Part shown: one piece after another, positions 1 to 10,909 of the stretch
Numbering within the stretch: the stretch's first letter is position 1
Layout of the letters: each line of letters starts with the position of its first letter
Assembly: GCA_002269645.1 (NCBI GenBank)
Contig: NIVC01001951.1
Span: 1-33,779, forward strand
Source of the DNA: Macrostomum lignano
Lineage: Eukaryota
DNA length: 33,779 nt
Direction of reading: 5' to 3'
The notes under the pieces: model-generated
What the model saw: the letters and a program-made list of their open reading frames with translations, nothing else
Databases searched by the model: none
Told to the model about the DNA's origin: nothing
Program-made: the position numbers and the translations under genes

Positions 1-173
1 CCTTGAACGTAAAACTTGTTATCGTTTTTAAGATCAGTTTCTGAGAATAGACCAATGTCAATATCATCACTGTGCAACCACATGATAATCTCATGCATTT
101 TATTGCTTAGTTTGTTACAGTTCAGGTGTCCTATATTAAGAGCACTATTGGGAGATTTGTTATCGAAAGCCAT
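1..173 (-). CDS. LINE A ORF2 N-terminus (APE endonuclease), truncated by the window
   Basis: Manual translation from ATG at 173: MAFDNKSPNSALNIGHLNCNKLSNKMHEIIMWLHSDDIDIGLFSETDLKN. HLNC and FSET match the APE WNxxG and xQET motifs. Confidence 0.8.
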   Translation of the reverse strand, partial: MAFDNKSPNSALNIGHLNCNKLSNKMHEIIMWLHSDDIDIGLFSETDLKNDNKFYVQ

Positions 174-237
174 AACGTAGTAATAAATTTTACTTCAGGG
201 CTCAGATCTGCCTCCGCACACCGAAGTGGCTTTGGCT

Positions 238-1951
238 TCACCTGCCCTGACAGCGCGGCACTCTTCCCGGATTCATGAAGGTCGTCAGGACCTCCGTCAC
301 TACCCGAATAGCAAGCTGGCTTGCTTCCCAGGCAGTGAGCAGACGTCCCGGCTCGATCTCCATGATCCGGTTGAGTGCCCCGAGAACTACCTCGAGCACG
401 TCCCCCTGAGTGAAGCCCCTCTCACCGTTTCCAGCAGAAGTGGCGGCATTATCAGAGTTAGTTGGATCAGCCTTGCTTGGATTGATCGTGGAAGCTGAGG
501 TATCAAGCGGCGCTGTTGGTTGGGCGGCAGCGGCAGCAGCAGCAGCAGTTGGCAATGCTGATTGGACAGAAGCGGCAGCAACAGCTGTAGGCGGCACTGC
601 TGATTGGACGGCGGCAGTGGCGGCAGCGGCTTTGGACGCTTTGTTCTCATACGCGATTGGTCCTAGAGTTGGCGCCTTATTGACAGCCTCCGCATATGAT
701 GTGGGGCCAGGCATGCCAAAAGTCTGTCTCAACTAATGTCTGGGTATGTTCTACTTTTCTAGACTGTTCTAGTTTTAATTTTAGAGTTTGAACCCTGTGG
801 TGCTCTCTCTCAGTTGCCCTCTCATTAGCGTGCTGTACCGCTGGGCATTTGTAGGAGAAGGCCGGGTGTTCACCTCCACAATTCGCACACTTGAAACCCG
901 TGTCCTTCGGGCAGTCACCGGAATAGTGCGCCCCGGCACATTTGTTGCAAACGAAGCCGGCGTTGCACCTGCTTTCAGTGTGCCCGAGGCCTTGGCACCT
1001 TTGGCACTGGATCTCCTTAACCGGTGGAAGATTGTGCGATTCTTCGCACCGGAATTTTAGCGCCCCCAGCCTAATGCCGTTCTCCAGGCAGGTGTCATAC
1101 GTAGCCCTAGATTTCGTGAACATTCTAATTAGCTGTGTCGGTTGGCCTGAGGCCTTAGAAATAATGCGTGCCGCACATCAAATTGTAGATGTGCTTGGTT
1201 CTCGTCTAGGTATTGAAGCAGTTCCTCAGCTTCCACGGCTGGAGGAACGCCTTTGACGATGAAGGAACGGACCTGCGGCGACTTGAGAGGCTTTCGCAGC
1301 CGATCATCACCTTGGTGCAGTGGCCTATTCGACGGCAGGCGCCTAGTGACAGAGTGCCGTTTATTTCAGTGACTTTTAATGTAGATATTAGTAAGCTGTT
1401 ATGTCGCTTGGTGAGTTAGTGAATACATAGTATCCAGAGCTATGGTACAGCTCTTTTACCGACACGATGCGAGTGTTCGGAAAGTTGGCTTTTAAAAAAC
1501 TTTCAAATTTAATTGGATTTTTGGCCTCAACAGGCATTTCAAATACTACAGGCGAGATTTTGGTTAATTGTTAATGGTTAATAATGGTTAATAATTAATA
1601 ATGGTTAATTAACCAAATGGTTAATTTGGTTAAGTATCTAATTTTGCAGTTGCTAAGTGGATAGCTAGTTTTGTTATCAGTGAGATCTGGACTTGGTAGA
1701 CTAAATTGCATTCTTGTCGTTTTCCCTGTGTCTGCTAATTCACTACTCATTACAGGCTGGTTTTCACCGACGTTGACCACCTGAGGTTCTTCGGTCACTG
1801 TTTGCACACAAGTCGTCGCATTACTGGAGGACACAGGTCAGGACCTTTGGTCTGGACCGGAAGAAGACCGGTTGTTAGCCTTTTTGTTGCAGACCGGAGG
1901 TGAATCGGTGTCCCTTGACGCGCTTCTTTTGCTGTTGGCTTCTACTTCCAT
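238..1951 (-). pseudogene. LINE A ORF1 (gag-like, three CCHC zinc knuckles), disrupted
   Basis: ATG at 1951 (MEVEANSKRSASRDTDSP), then PVVFEMP, FIVKGVPPAVE, and CQRCQGLGHTESRC / CNKCAGAHYSGDC / CANCGGEHPAFSYKC, with an Ala-rich C-terminus (238-732). Contains an in-frame stop, frameshifts and a 66-bp insertion. Confidence 0.8.
1559..1633. repeat. 66-bp scrambled TGGTTAA/TTAACCA insertion in ORF1
   Basis: TTTGGTTAA occurs at 1559-1567 and 1625-1633, with direct and inverted copies of the same motif between them. Removal restores RYLTK|ISPVVF. Confidence 0.7.
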
Positions 1952-2372
1952 TGAAATTAATTGCTATTACTAAAAATTACAAAAAAGCCTTGAAACAGTA
2001 GGCTATTAAAACTATTATTTTAAAACTAATAAAACTGAATTAATAGTATGAAGCAAATAGGCCTACTAATAGTAGTGGATAGCTACCAAAATACAAGAAA
2101 AGACCCTAAGTGATTACTACACACTAAATTCTATAACTCGGGGGAGCCTGGCGCTGAGCTGCAGACCTGCGCGAGGTGCCTGGCGCCGCCGCCGCCGCCG
2201 CCCAGCCGCGCCGCCGACGCCGCAGCCGCCGCAGACAAGCAGGAACCGCCGCCGCACCCACCGAGCACCAGACCGCCGAAGCCGCTGAAGCCGCCGAAGT
2301 CGCGCCGAAGTCGCCGCAGAGAGCCGACGCAGAAGCCGATGCCAACGCCAGGTAAGTCGCCACCCCACATTT

Positions 2373-2532
2373 TGCTTTCCAAAGAGCCCGACTGCTCTGT
2401 AGTTCTAAAGGAACCCCAATTTTAGCTACTTACCCCACTCTAATTATTTCCCCGGGTTGAAACTACTGATAGTAGGCAAAAAGCATATTTGAACCCGCAT
2501 TAATTCCCGTTCCTAAAAACTGCCCTATTACA
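2373..2532 (-). mobile_element. 3' LTR of the Gypsy element (homologous block; distal end unresolved)
   Basis: Begins TGTAATAGGGCA immediately after a polypurine tract. About 80% identical by eye to 25249-25409 of solo LTR A. Confidence 0.75.
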
Positions 2533-2542
2533 CCTCCCCCTC
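2533..2542 (-). promoter_or_regulatory. Polypurine tract (PPT) of the Gypsy element
   Basis: Minus-strand GAGGGGGAGG directly abuts the LTR TGT. Confidence 0.8.
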
Positions 2543-3052
2543 GCTAAACAAATGTGCAAAACCCCTTTTGTACATTGATATTATATTTATTTAACGAAAT
2601 TAATAAGTAATATTGCTTTATCAGCGATATAAGCTACTGTAATAAGAATACACGTATATCAAGTGGGAAGTTACTGGTATGCCGAGTCGTAAAAGTAATG
2701 GGATTAAAAGTTGAAATATGCGGTTGATTAATGGCATGCAGAACTGTATTATTACGACCTGGATTAAATGTTGAACATGTTAATTATGATATGCACCGTT
2801 AACATGAACAATTGCACTATTAAATGGCTGAATATGATAAATTGAGTTTATAGCAAATTGAACTAAAAGGACAAAAATGATTGGCAAGTGTATACAACAA
2901 AGAAAAGAAAAGAAAATGCAGTGCAAAAAGCGGTAAAATAATTTGGCAAGTTTACTCCGATTCTACTCCAAAAGATGGTAAAATAAAAGATGTCATCGAT
3001 TATGTGTAATTGAGCTTAAAGAGTCATTAGTTGGCTAAGTTCTCTATCTTAC

Positions 3053-3751
3053 CTAATTGATTGGCCGGAGATTTTGGGTGTTTTGAGTAGATAGATACAG
3101 TAATCCGTTTATCGGGATCATCTGGTGAGTAGGGTCGAATTGTCTGGCGAAAAACTCCAGCTGCTCAGTAGTCGCTCTCATATTGGTCGGTCCCCGCGCT
3201 CTCCCTTCGGCGTACTGTAAACAGTATGAGCAGGCAATCTCGAAGCATCGGACTGCTTCCTCTGGGGTCGCCGTGGCCAAGAACTGGACGCACGCGTCCG
3301 GTAGCTGCGCCTCGAATCGTCCTGTTTTCCCTGTAGCCAGGATAGCCCGTTTCAAGGCGCGATGGCATTCGCGGAATTTCCGCGCCTGCGTTCCGGGACT
3401 ATCCGGCCGTTCGGCGTTGGTCTCTTCAGGAGCCGGCGTATCACCCAGATCTGCCCTGAGCAATGTAGCGTAATCGATGAGCGTAGACTCAGGCTGGCCT
3501 TGCCCTGCCTGGCATTGCTCGGATGGACACTGCTCCGGCTGGTGATTTGGTTCTTCCGCGGCCGCCTCTTCCTGCTCATCAATGGGTTCCACCCCTTCTT
3601 CCTGTTGCCGTATTTCTTCCATGAATTGCGCCATCTCGTCCCTAAATTCTTCCTCCTTCCGTCTAGTCGCCCTTTCCAGTTCTTCCAATTCTACGTTCAC
3701 GATAACTTTCCTTCGCTCTCGTTCGGCTGCTCTAATTTCCGCCTCTTGCAT
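3053..3751 (-). CDS. Additional ORF between pol and the PPT (acidic coiled-coil N-half, Cys-containing helical C-half); function unknown
   Basis: 232-aa open frame lying between the pol stop (3869) and the AT-rich 3' UTR. No signal peptide or transmembrane segment is evident. It may start about 100 nt further upstream via a frameshift. Confidence 0.55.
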   Translation of the reverse strand: MQEAEIRAAERERRKVIVNVELEELERATRRKEEEFRDEMAQFMEEIRQQEEGVEPIDEQEEAAAEEPNHQPEQCPSEQCQAGQGQPESTLIDYATLLRADLGDTPAPEETNAERPDSPGTQARKFRECHRALKRAILATGKTGRFEAQLPDACVQFLATATPEEAVRCFEIACSYCLQYAEGRARGPTNMRATTEQLEFFARQFDPTHQMIPINGLLYLSTQNTQNLRPIN

Positions 3752-4116
3752 TCGCCTTGTTCTGCCAATTGTATGGCCCTAATCCTTGGGGGCTCATTTT
3801 CTGCCTGTCTTCTTCGTTGGCCATAAATCGTTTTTCCGGATAAACGCGGATTGGGGTATCGGCCATAGCTATTGAGAATTGGGCTGCAAGAGGTTAAATG
3901 GGTTAAACAACTCCGCTATCCTCTGCACATAACTTTTCTGATTTGGCCTGACTGTTAATCTATCTGGAGCATGACGCTCTCTCGCTGGCCTAGTTTCTAA
4001 AATAATCCCTAGATTATTATTGTTATTTAATTGTACTGGCATAACTCCTTGTACACCTACTAAATTATTTTGATTATTATTTTGATGCTGCACTTGTTGA
4101 TTTGGCACTAACTGCA

Positions 4117-4247
4117 CATTATTTTGATTTTGCACTGGCATAAGCTGCTCATTATTTTGATGTTGCACTGGCATAAACTGCTCATTATTTTGATGGTGCA
4201 CTGGCATAAACTGCTCATTATTTTGATGTTGGACTGGCATAAACTGC
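4117..4247 (-). repeat. 33-bp tandem repeat x4 encoding (QFMPVQHQNNE)n at the pol C-terminus
   Basis: CATTATTTTGA recurs at 4117, 4150, 4183 and 4216. Confidence 0.9.
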
Positions 4248-7066
4248 ACTGCGTCTTCGTACTCGTCTTCACTTTCTGAGTCATTGTACACATTCGGCTG
4301 ACTATTGGCTATCTGTTCCTTATTGTACTGCTTCTTATGTTCTTTTGGCTTAGTACTAGCTTCTTCTTCCTGATAATCTGCTTGCGGTACTTTCATTAAA
4401 TTGTCTCTATGCATAATAAGTTCTTCCTTCCTTGCCTTCTTATTTTGTGTAACTGGCCTAATCCTAAAGACTACTTCTGATAATTGTTCTACAATTTCGT
4501 AAACTGCCCTTTGTTTTTGTGAAATTTGTTAGCCTCTGTGTTAGCAATTACTGGATTATTGATAAATACTAAGCTTCCTACAGGCAATATTTTCGGCTTA
4601 GGCTTATTATAGTACTCCTGCTCACGGTTTTGCTGCACTAATTTTAATCTCTTTCTTGCTAGTTCTTGGCCTTCCTGCAGATTCTGCTGGTGTTCCTGGA
4701 CATAAGATGGCAAATCCTGAAACTGTTTCGGCTCGTTCAGCTCATTGTCACAGGGCATTCTAGCCTCTCGTCCAAAGACTAAATAGTGCGGACTAAATCC
4801 TGTGGCAGTGTGCGTGCTGGTTCTCAGAGCTGTTATGCAACCTGGCAACAGAACGTCCCTGTTGGAATGCTCCTTCTCCAGTAAACAGGTGAGAATTGAT
4901 TTAATCTGCTTATTAAGGTTTTCTACTAAGCCATTGCTCTGCGGATGATAACTAGTGGTTCGAGTGTGTCTAATGCCATAGAGGTCTAAAAATTTCTTAA
5001 AGGCCCTACCAGTGAACTGTGTTCCCTGGTCTGTGTGAATCCATTGTGGAATCCCAAAATCAGCGAAAACTCGTTCTTGTAGAATTTTTATAACTGTTTT
5101 AGCCTTCTGATTCCTAATTGCGAATGCGAATGGAAATTTGCTAGTGCTGTCTATGACTGAAAGTACATATTTGTTTCCTGATTTGCTAGTTTGGCCAATA
5201 GGTTCATCAGATCTATGTGTAATCTACCGAACGGTTCGACTACAGGATAGTTCTGAATCGGTGCCCTAATTCTTCGTCTAGTCTTACTTTCTAGGCATGA
5301 TTTACATTTGGCTACGTAGCGTTCAACTGCTGTTGCTAATCCTGGCCTCCAAAATTGAATTTTAATTCTCTGATAAGTTTTATCTCGACCTAGGTGTCCC
5401 GCTAACGGTGAATCATGGAATTGGTGAAAGACTTCACTATCCAGAGACTTGGGCAACACTACCTTTGGATCAGTCTGCCCCATAGATAAGTCTACCTTGA
5501 GTACACCGTCCTCAATTCTGAGCAACTCGTAGTAACCTATGAGGTTCCTACAGTCGTGGGTTAACTCTAGTCGTTCTTGAAATGTCGGTTTAGGCGAGTC
5601 ATTCTCAATTAAATTTCTAACAAAGCCTACCGCCGGATCGGCTAACTGTGCTGCGATCAATTGGTCACGGCGAACTGTGCTACGGAGATAGTCACTGAGC
5701 AGGGCATTGGATGCAGGCGGATTTCCGGTTTTAGGCTCCTGTCCCTGTCTATTGTCTAGCCTACTGCTACTAAAGATCGGAGTATTGTGTCGGTTCGTGA
5801 CAGTGTCTTGTGACGAACAGCATGACGGAACTCCACTGCTCGAGCTACAGGTTTCAGCGAACGCGGAATTGCCTGAGCTGACAGTAAAAGCTGATATCTG
5901 TATTCACAGTTGCCCTACAGCTTAGCGACCTGGCATGTGGGGACATCTCTTCCGGTTGAGGATCAGGGATCCTGGATAGAGCGTCAGCATTCACAAGTTT
6001 AGGGCCACTTCTATGTTCTATCTCAAAATCAAATTCGGAAAGTCTTTCAATCCAACGACCTAAAATGCCTGTCTGTTCGGTTTGGCGAAGCAACCAGGTT
6101 AGGGCATTGTGATCAGTCCTACGAGGTAAAATCTAAAGTACTTCAGCGAGTCAACAATCGCTAGAAGCTCCTTCCTCGTAATCGGATATCTAGTTTCTGA
6201 CTGCCTCATCTTCCGACTATAATACGCGATCGGCCTTTCTATGCCGTCGCTCTGAACTTGATTCAAGACCGCCCCAATTCTGACATCTGATGCATCAGTG
6301 TCTAACACAAAATAAACTTGGGGGTCTGTATTAAACTCTGGGTAAGCAAGCACTTCTTCGGAACACATCCGTTCCTTCAACAGCTCGAAGCATTCATCAT
6401 GAATCCTGGTCCATTTGTCCTGGATACATTTGATGTTCTTCTTGGTCAACTCACAGAGTGGTGCTGCTACCTCGGCAAAATCTCTAACGAATTTTCTATA
6501 GTAATTACAGAGTCCAAGAAAACTCCGAAGCTCTGTCACAGATTTAGGTTTCGGCCAGTTCCTAATTGCTTCTAGTTTCGACGCATCTCTTTTAATTCCT
6601 GTTTTGCCTATGACGTGTCCTAGATATTGTAGCTCTGATTTGAAAAGGTGACATTTCTTAGCCTTTAGTTTCATGTTAGCTTGGATTAGTCTCTTGAGCA
6701 CTTCTTTCAGGTGTTCTAGATGGGCTTCGAAATCTGTACTATAAACTATTACATCATCTAAGTAAGCTATGGCGAACTTCTGTGCAATGTCCTTAAGAAC
6801 TAAGTTCATGCACCTTTGAAAAGTTCCTGGAGCTCCTTGCAATCCCATTGGTAATACTTCGTACTCAAACGAGCCTCGATGTAAAGTTGGAAAGCTAGTC
6901 TTGCACTTATCTTCTTCCCTAAGAGCTATCTGATAATATCCCGAAAATAGATCTAACGTAGAAAATTGACTGGCTCCATGGAGACATGAGAATGTTTCAT
7001 TGATATTAGTTATTGAATACGGAAAGTACTCCGATTTGTTATTTAGTGCTCGATAGTCGTTAACTA

Positions 7067-7428
7067 TTTTTTTTTTATTAGAGGCAAGGGGGTTGTGTGC
7101 ACCCTGGCGCACTTTAGGCGACATAGACACACGACCGGCGAGAGGCATTGCTGCCCATTCCGCCGACTCCCCTGAGCAGGCATACAAGCGCGCGGATACG
7201 TTACGCAGGCACACACTCACACAGGAGTGTACAGCGGCCCTAACTTTATCAATTGTTAGGCATGTACACTTCACTGCGCCTTGGGGGTTGGCTCTCAAGG
7301 CCGTTAATTGCACAAGCGAGCCAAGCCGAAATTCCAATTCAGCCCCAAATTAATGTGGCTGCACTTGGAATCGAGCCTGGGTCGCTGGCACACCAGAGCA
7401 GCTGCGCTACCGCTGGGCTACGGCCCCC
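7067..7428 (-). mobile_element. tRNA-derived SINE (362 bp) inserted in the Gypsy RT
   Basis: 13-bp TSD TAGTCGTTAACTA at 7054-7066 and 7429-7441. The 5' head GGGGGCCGTAGCCCAGCGG...GGCTCGATTCC carries Pol III boxes A and B, and there is a 3' A-rich tail. Removal restores RLVNDYRAL. Confidence 0.9.
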
Positions 7429-8327
7429 TAGTCGTTAACTAATCTCAGCGAACCGTCTTTCTTAGGTACTATGACTAATGGAGTCGAGTACTGCGAGTAA
7501 CTAGGCCTAATGATGCCTCTAGCCAACATGAGATCTAACTGCTCATCTACCTCCTTGATCCAATGAGGTGGAATCTTCCTAGCTGGTATCTGAACTGGGT
7601 TGTTGTCCTTCAAGATAATCTCGTGAGTGACTAAATGCGTTCTGCCTAAGTCTAACTCGTGCTGCGAGAAAGCTGCTGAATGTTCCTTGACGACCTCGAT
7701 CACCTTTTGTCTCTGTTCCTGAGTCAGTTCAGTTCCTATGTTAATCTCACTAATCCAGTCTTCTGACTTGCCCTGTACCTGACTGATCTTTTCTCTGCTT
7801 CCGCAAGACTGCGTGTTCCCATTCTGCTCTTCTTCTGGCTGTTCCTTGAGATAGTTAAGCTCGCTAGTTAAAAGCGGTTTAGCCATCTCTACTAATGCTG
7901 ATGCTGGTACTCTAGCTTCCTGTGAACTGGTGTTGATCACTTCTAAATAAGCTTCCCCTTGTCTTAGAGTTAATAAACTTGGCACTACCGTTACCTTCTC
8001 TGCTCTAGTCTTTAATCCTGATCTGAGTGGCTCAACAACTGATGGCACTCCGAAATTATTTTCACTACCTGCTGCTAATCTGACTTTGACTAATCCTGAA
8101 CTATTGGCTGGAACTGTCGTCTTTTCTGCGACATAGATTCTCCTAACCTGAGGCTTAGCTCTGGTTGATCGAAGCGGAATTCTAGTTCCTTGTTTCATGG
8201 TTAGCAATCCTGCATCGAAGTCGATAGTAGTACAATATTTTTGGACAAACGTCACACCTATTACATTGTCTACATCTGCGTCACATAATAGAAACTCAAC
8301 TTCTTCGAAATCGCCAAATGTTGCCTT

Positions 8328-8458
8328 CGGGTAGTGTAGCTCGCTTGGCTAGTAAAAGGAAAATGAATCCGAAAATCCTGAGTGCGAAACGCGTCGTTAC
8401 TCACACAATGTTGATTTTCGGATTCATTAGTTTGTGAATCCGTACACAAACTACGAAA
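8328..8458 (+). mobile_element. 131-bp structured mini-insertion with a degenerate minimal-hammerhead-like core
   Basis: 5-bp TSD GCCTT at 8323-8327 and 8459-8463; removal restores VIKATFGDF. A perfect 16-bp inverted repeat flanks CTGAGTGCGAAACGCGTC, and there is a second 9-bp hairpin. Orientation is inferred only from the core. Confidence 0.7.
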
Positions 8459-9530
8459 GCCTTAATAACTACGAAACCGTTAATTGGAATAGGCTCTTCC
8501 ATAAAAGAAGTAATTCTATTGTCCCAATGCTTAATTAGATGCCTATTCTTGCCAGTGAAAAGCTGCTTCCAGGTTTCGCGTGCTAAGATATTTCTATTAC
8601 TGCCAGTGTCTAATAGATAAACTATTTCCTTATTTAAAATGCTGCCAGTGATGTACAAATCGTAACTTTGCTTTTTAGTTTGTTCAATTAGTTTTGGTTG
8701 TTTTAGCTGCTGCTTGCCAGAATAAGGTTCCTGTTGTGGTGCGTTTGAAAAGTGCTGAGAGTAAATGTTTGGCTGATTAAATGATTGATTAAATGTTTGC
8801 GCATGCCTACTGTTATACACTGAAGAATTCAATTCACTATTTACAGAAAAAGTATCGCTGCTATTTACAGGTTGTGAGGCTACAGACTGTGAGGGATTGT
8901 AGAAAAAATACTTAACTAAAGACTACAGACTATTTAATTGGAGTTAAATTGAAGGAGCAGGAGGAGCAGTAAGTGGGCGCAGGGCCCAAACCGATATATT
9001 TATAGAACATTTAACTTTGGGGGGTTGAGCCCAGAATAATAAAAAGAGGGGGTGGAGTGCGCGACTGAGGAAAGAGGCGAGAACGGAGAGCCAATCAGAA
9101 CGCAGCAAGGGAGAGAGAGATAAGAATAACAAGATTGAGCTAGACAGAGAGAGAGAAAACGGAGTAAACAGAGACAAGTGAAGGTGAACTAAGAAATGAA
9201 TAGGAAAGTCGCGACACTCCCCCCAAAAATGGAACATTTTTTGAATTTTCGAGTACCAATAGAATTATGAATTAGAGTTCAAGAAACAACTTTAAAGCAA
9301 ATTTAACAATGGTGTACGAGCTACAAACACGACTAAGAACTTCAATGCAAAAACTGTGGAGACTAGAGTGAATGCAAATTGACCAAGAAATTTCACGTGT
9401 GCGATTTTAATGAATAAATTGTTACGAGTATAACCAATGAAAAAACTGACTGCATCTACCCTCCCCCCTAAAAAATTAATTTAATTTTTTACATTGTGAA
9501 AGAAAAAATTGAATGACGAATTAACAAGGC

Positions 9531-10064
9531 GATCCGGCAGGCGAGCCCCGCGGCGCCCCGGCCGAGAATTTGAAACCGAGAGAGACCGAGGACACCGCAG
9601 GACGCACCCCCGGCAGACGATGAGTGAAGAGAGTCGAGACGATCCGGCAGGCGAGCCCCGCGGCGCCCCGGCCGAGAATTTGAAACCGAGAGAGACCGAG
9701 GACACCGCAGGACGCACCCCCAGGAGACGATGAGTGAAGAGAGTCGAGACGATCCGGCAGGCGAGCCCCGCGGCGCCCCGGCCGAGAATTTGAAACCGAG
9801 AGAGACCGAGGACACCGCAGGACGCACCCCCGGCAGACGATGAGTGAAGAGAGTCGAGACGATCCGGCAGGCGAGCCCCGCGGCGCCCCGGCCGAGAATT
9901 TGAAACCGAGAGAGACCGAGGACACCGCAGGACGCACCCCCAGGAGACGATGAGTGAAGAGAGTCGAGACGATCCGGCAGGCGAGCCCCGCGGCGCCCCG
10001 GCCGAGAATTTGAAACCGAGAGAGACCGAGGACACCGCAGGACGCACCCCCGGCAGACGATGAG
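9531..10064. repeat. 110-bp GC-rich tandem array (about 4.9 units) in TRIM internal region 1
   Basis: GATCCGGCAG at 9531, 9641, 9751, 9861 and 9971. Units alternate CGGCAGACG and CAGGAGACG. Confidence 0.95.
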
Positions 10065-10909
10065 CGACGACTACATGTAGATGAAGGAGCACCGGCAGAC
10101 AGTCGAGACGAGATGAGATGGGATGAGACTGCTCCGGCCGACAGTTGACGAGATGGGAGGGCGCAGTCGACGAACGATGAGACGAGGAGACTGGTGGAGG
10201 GCTACGACGATGGCATGGCCTTTGCCAGCCTTACTGAATTGACTTATAAGGACTAAATTATTTTACATTGGGTGCCATACTAGAAAAAATACTTAACTAA
10301 AGACTACAGACTATTTAATTGGAGTTAAATTGAAGGAGCAGGAGGAGCAGTAAGTGGGCGCAGGGCCCAAACCGATATATTTATAGAACATTTAACTTTG
10401 GGGGGTTGAGCCCAGAATAATAAAAAGAGGGGGTGGAGTGCGCGACTGAGGAAAGAGGCGAGAACGGAGAGCCAATCAGAACGCAGCAAGGGAGAGAGAG
10501 ATAAGAATAACAAGATTGAGCTAGACAGAGAGAGAGAAAACGGAGTAAACAGAGACAAGTGAAGGTGAACTAAGAAATGAATAGGAAAGTCGCGACACTC
10601 CCCCAAAAATGGAACATTTTTTGAATTTTCGAGTACCAATAGAATTATGAATTAGAGTTCAAGAAACAACTTTAAAGCAAATTTAACAATGGTGTACGAG
10701 CTACAAACACGACTAAGAACTTCAATGCAAAAACTGTGGAGACTAGAGTGAATGCAAATTGACCAAGAAATTTCACGTGTGCGATTTTAATGAATAAATT
10801 GTTACGAGTATAACCAATGAAAAAACTGACTGCATCTACCCTCCCCCTAAAAAATTAATTTAATTTTTTACATTGTGAAAGAAAAAATTGAATGACGAAT
10901 TAACAAGGC

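Larger units (their letters stand above)
1..2370 (-). mobile_element. LINE A (Jockey/I-group-like non-LTR retrotransposon): 5' UTR, ORF1 and start of ORF2; continues off the left edge
   Basis: GC-rich 5' region, then ORF1 with CCHC knuckles, then an APE endonuclease N-terminus. The 5' boundary is approximate. Confidence 0.8.

Noticed and set aside
2348-2357. Plus-strand splice donors (CAGGTAAGT here; similar at about 14308, 23262 and 27290) as a host or cluster transcript
   Set aside because: The number of GGTAAG hits is near random expectation for 34 kb, and there are no supported exons.
7350-7428. Standalone tRNA gene
   Set aside because: There is no complete cloverleaf; it is the head of a TSD-flanked SINE.
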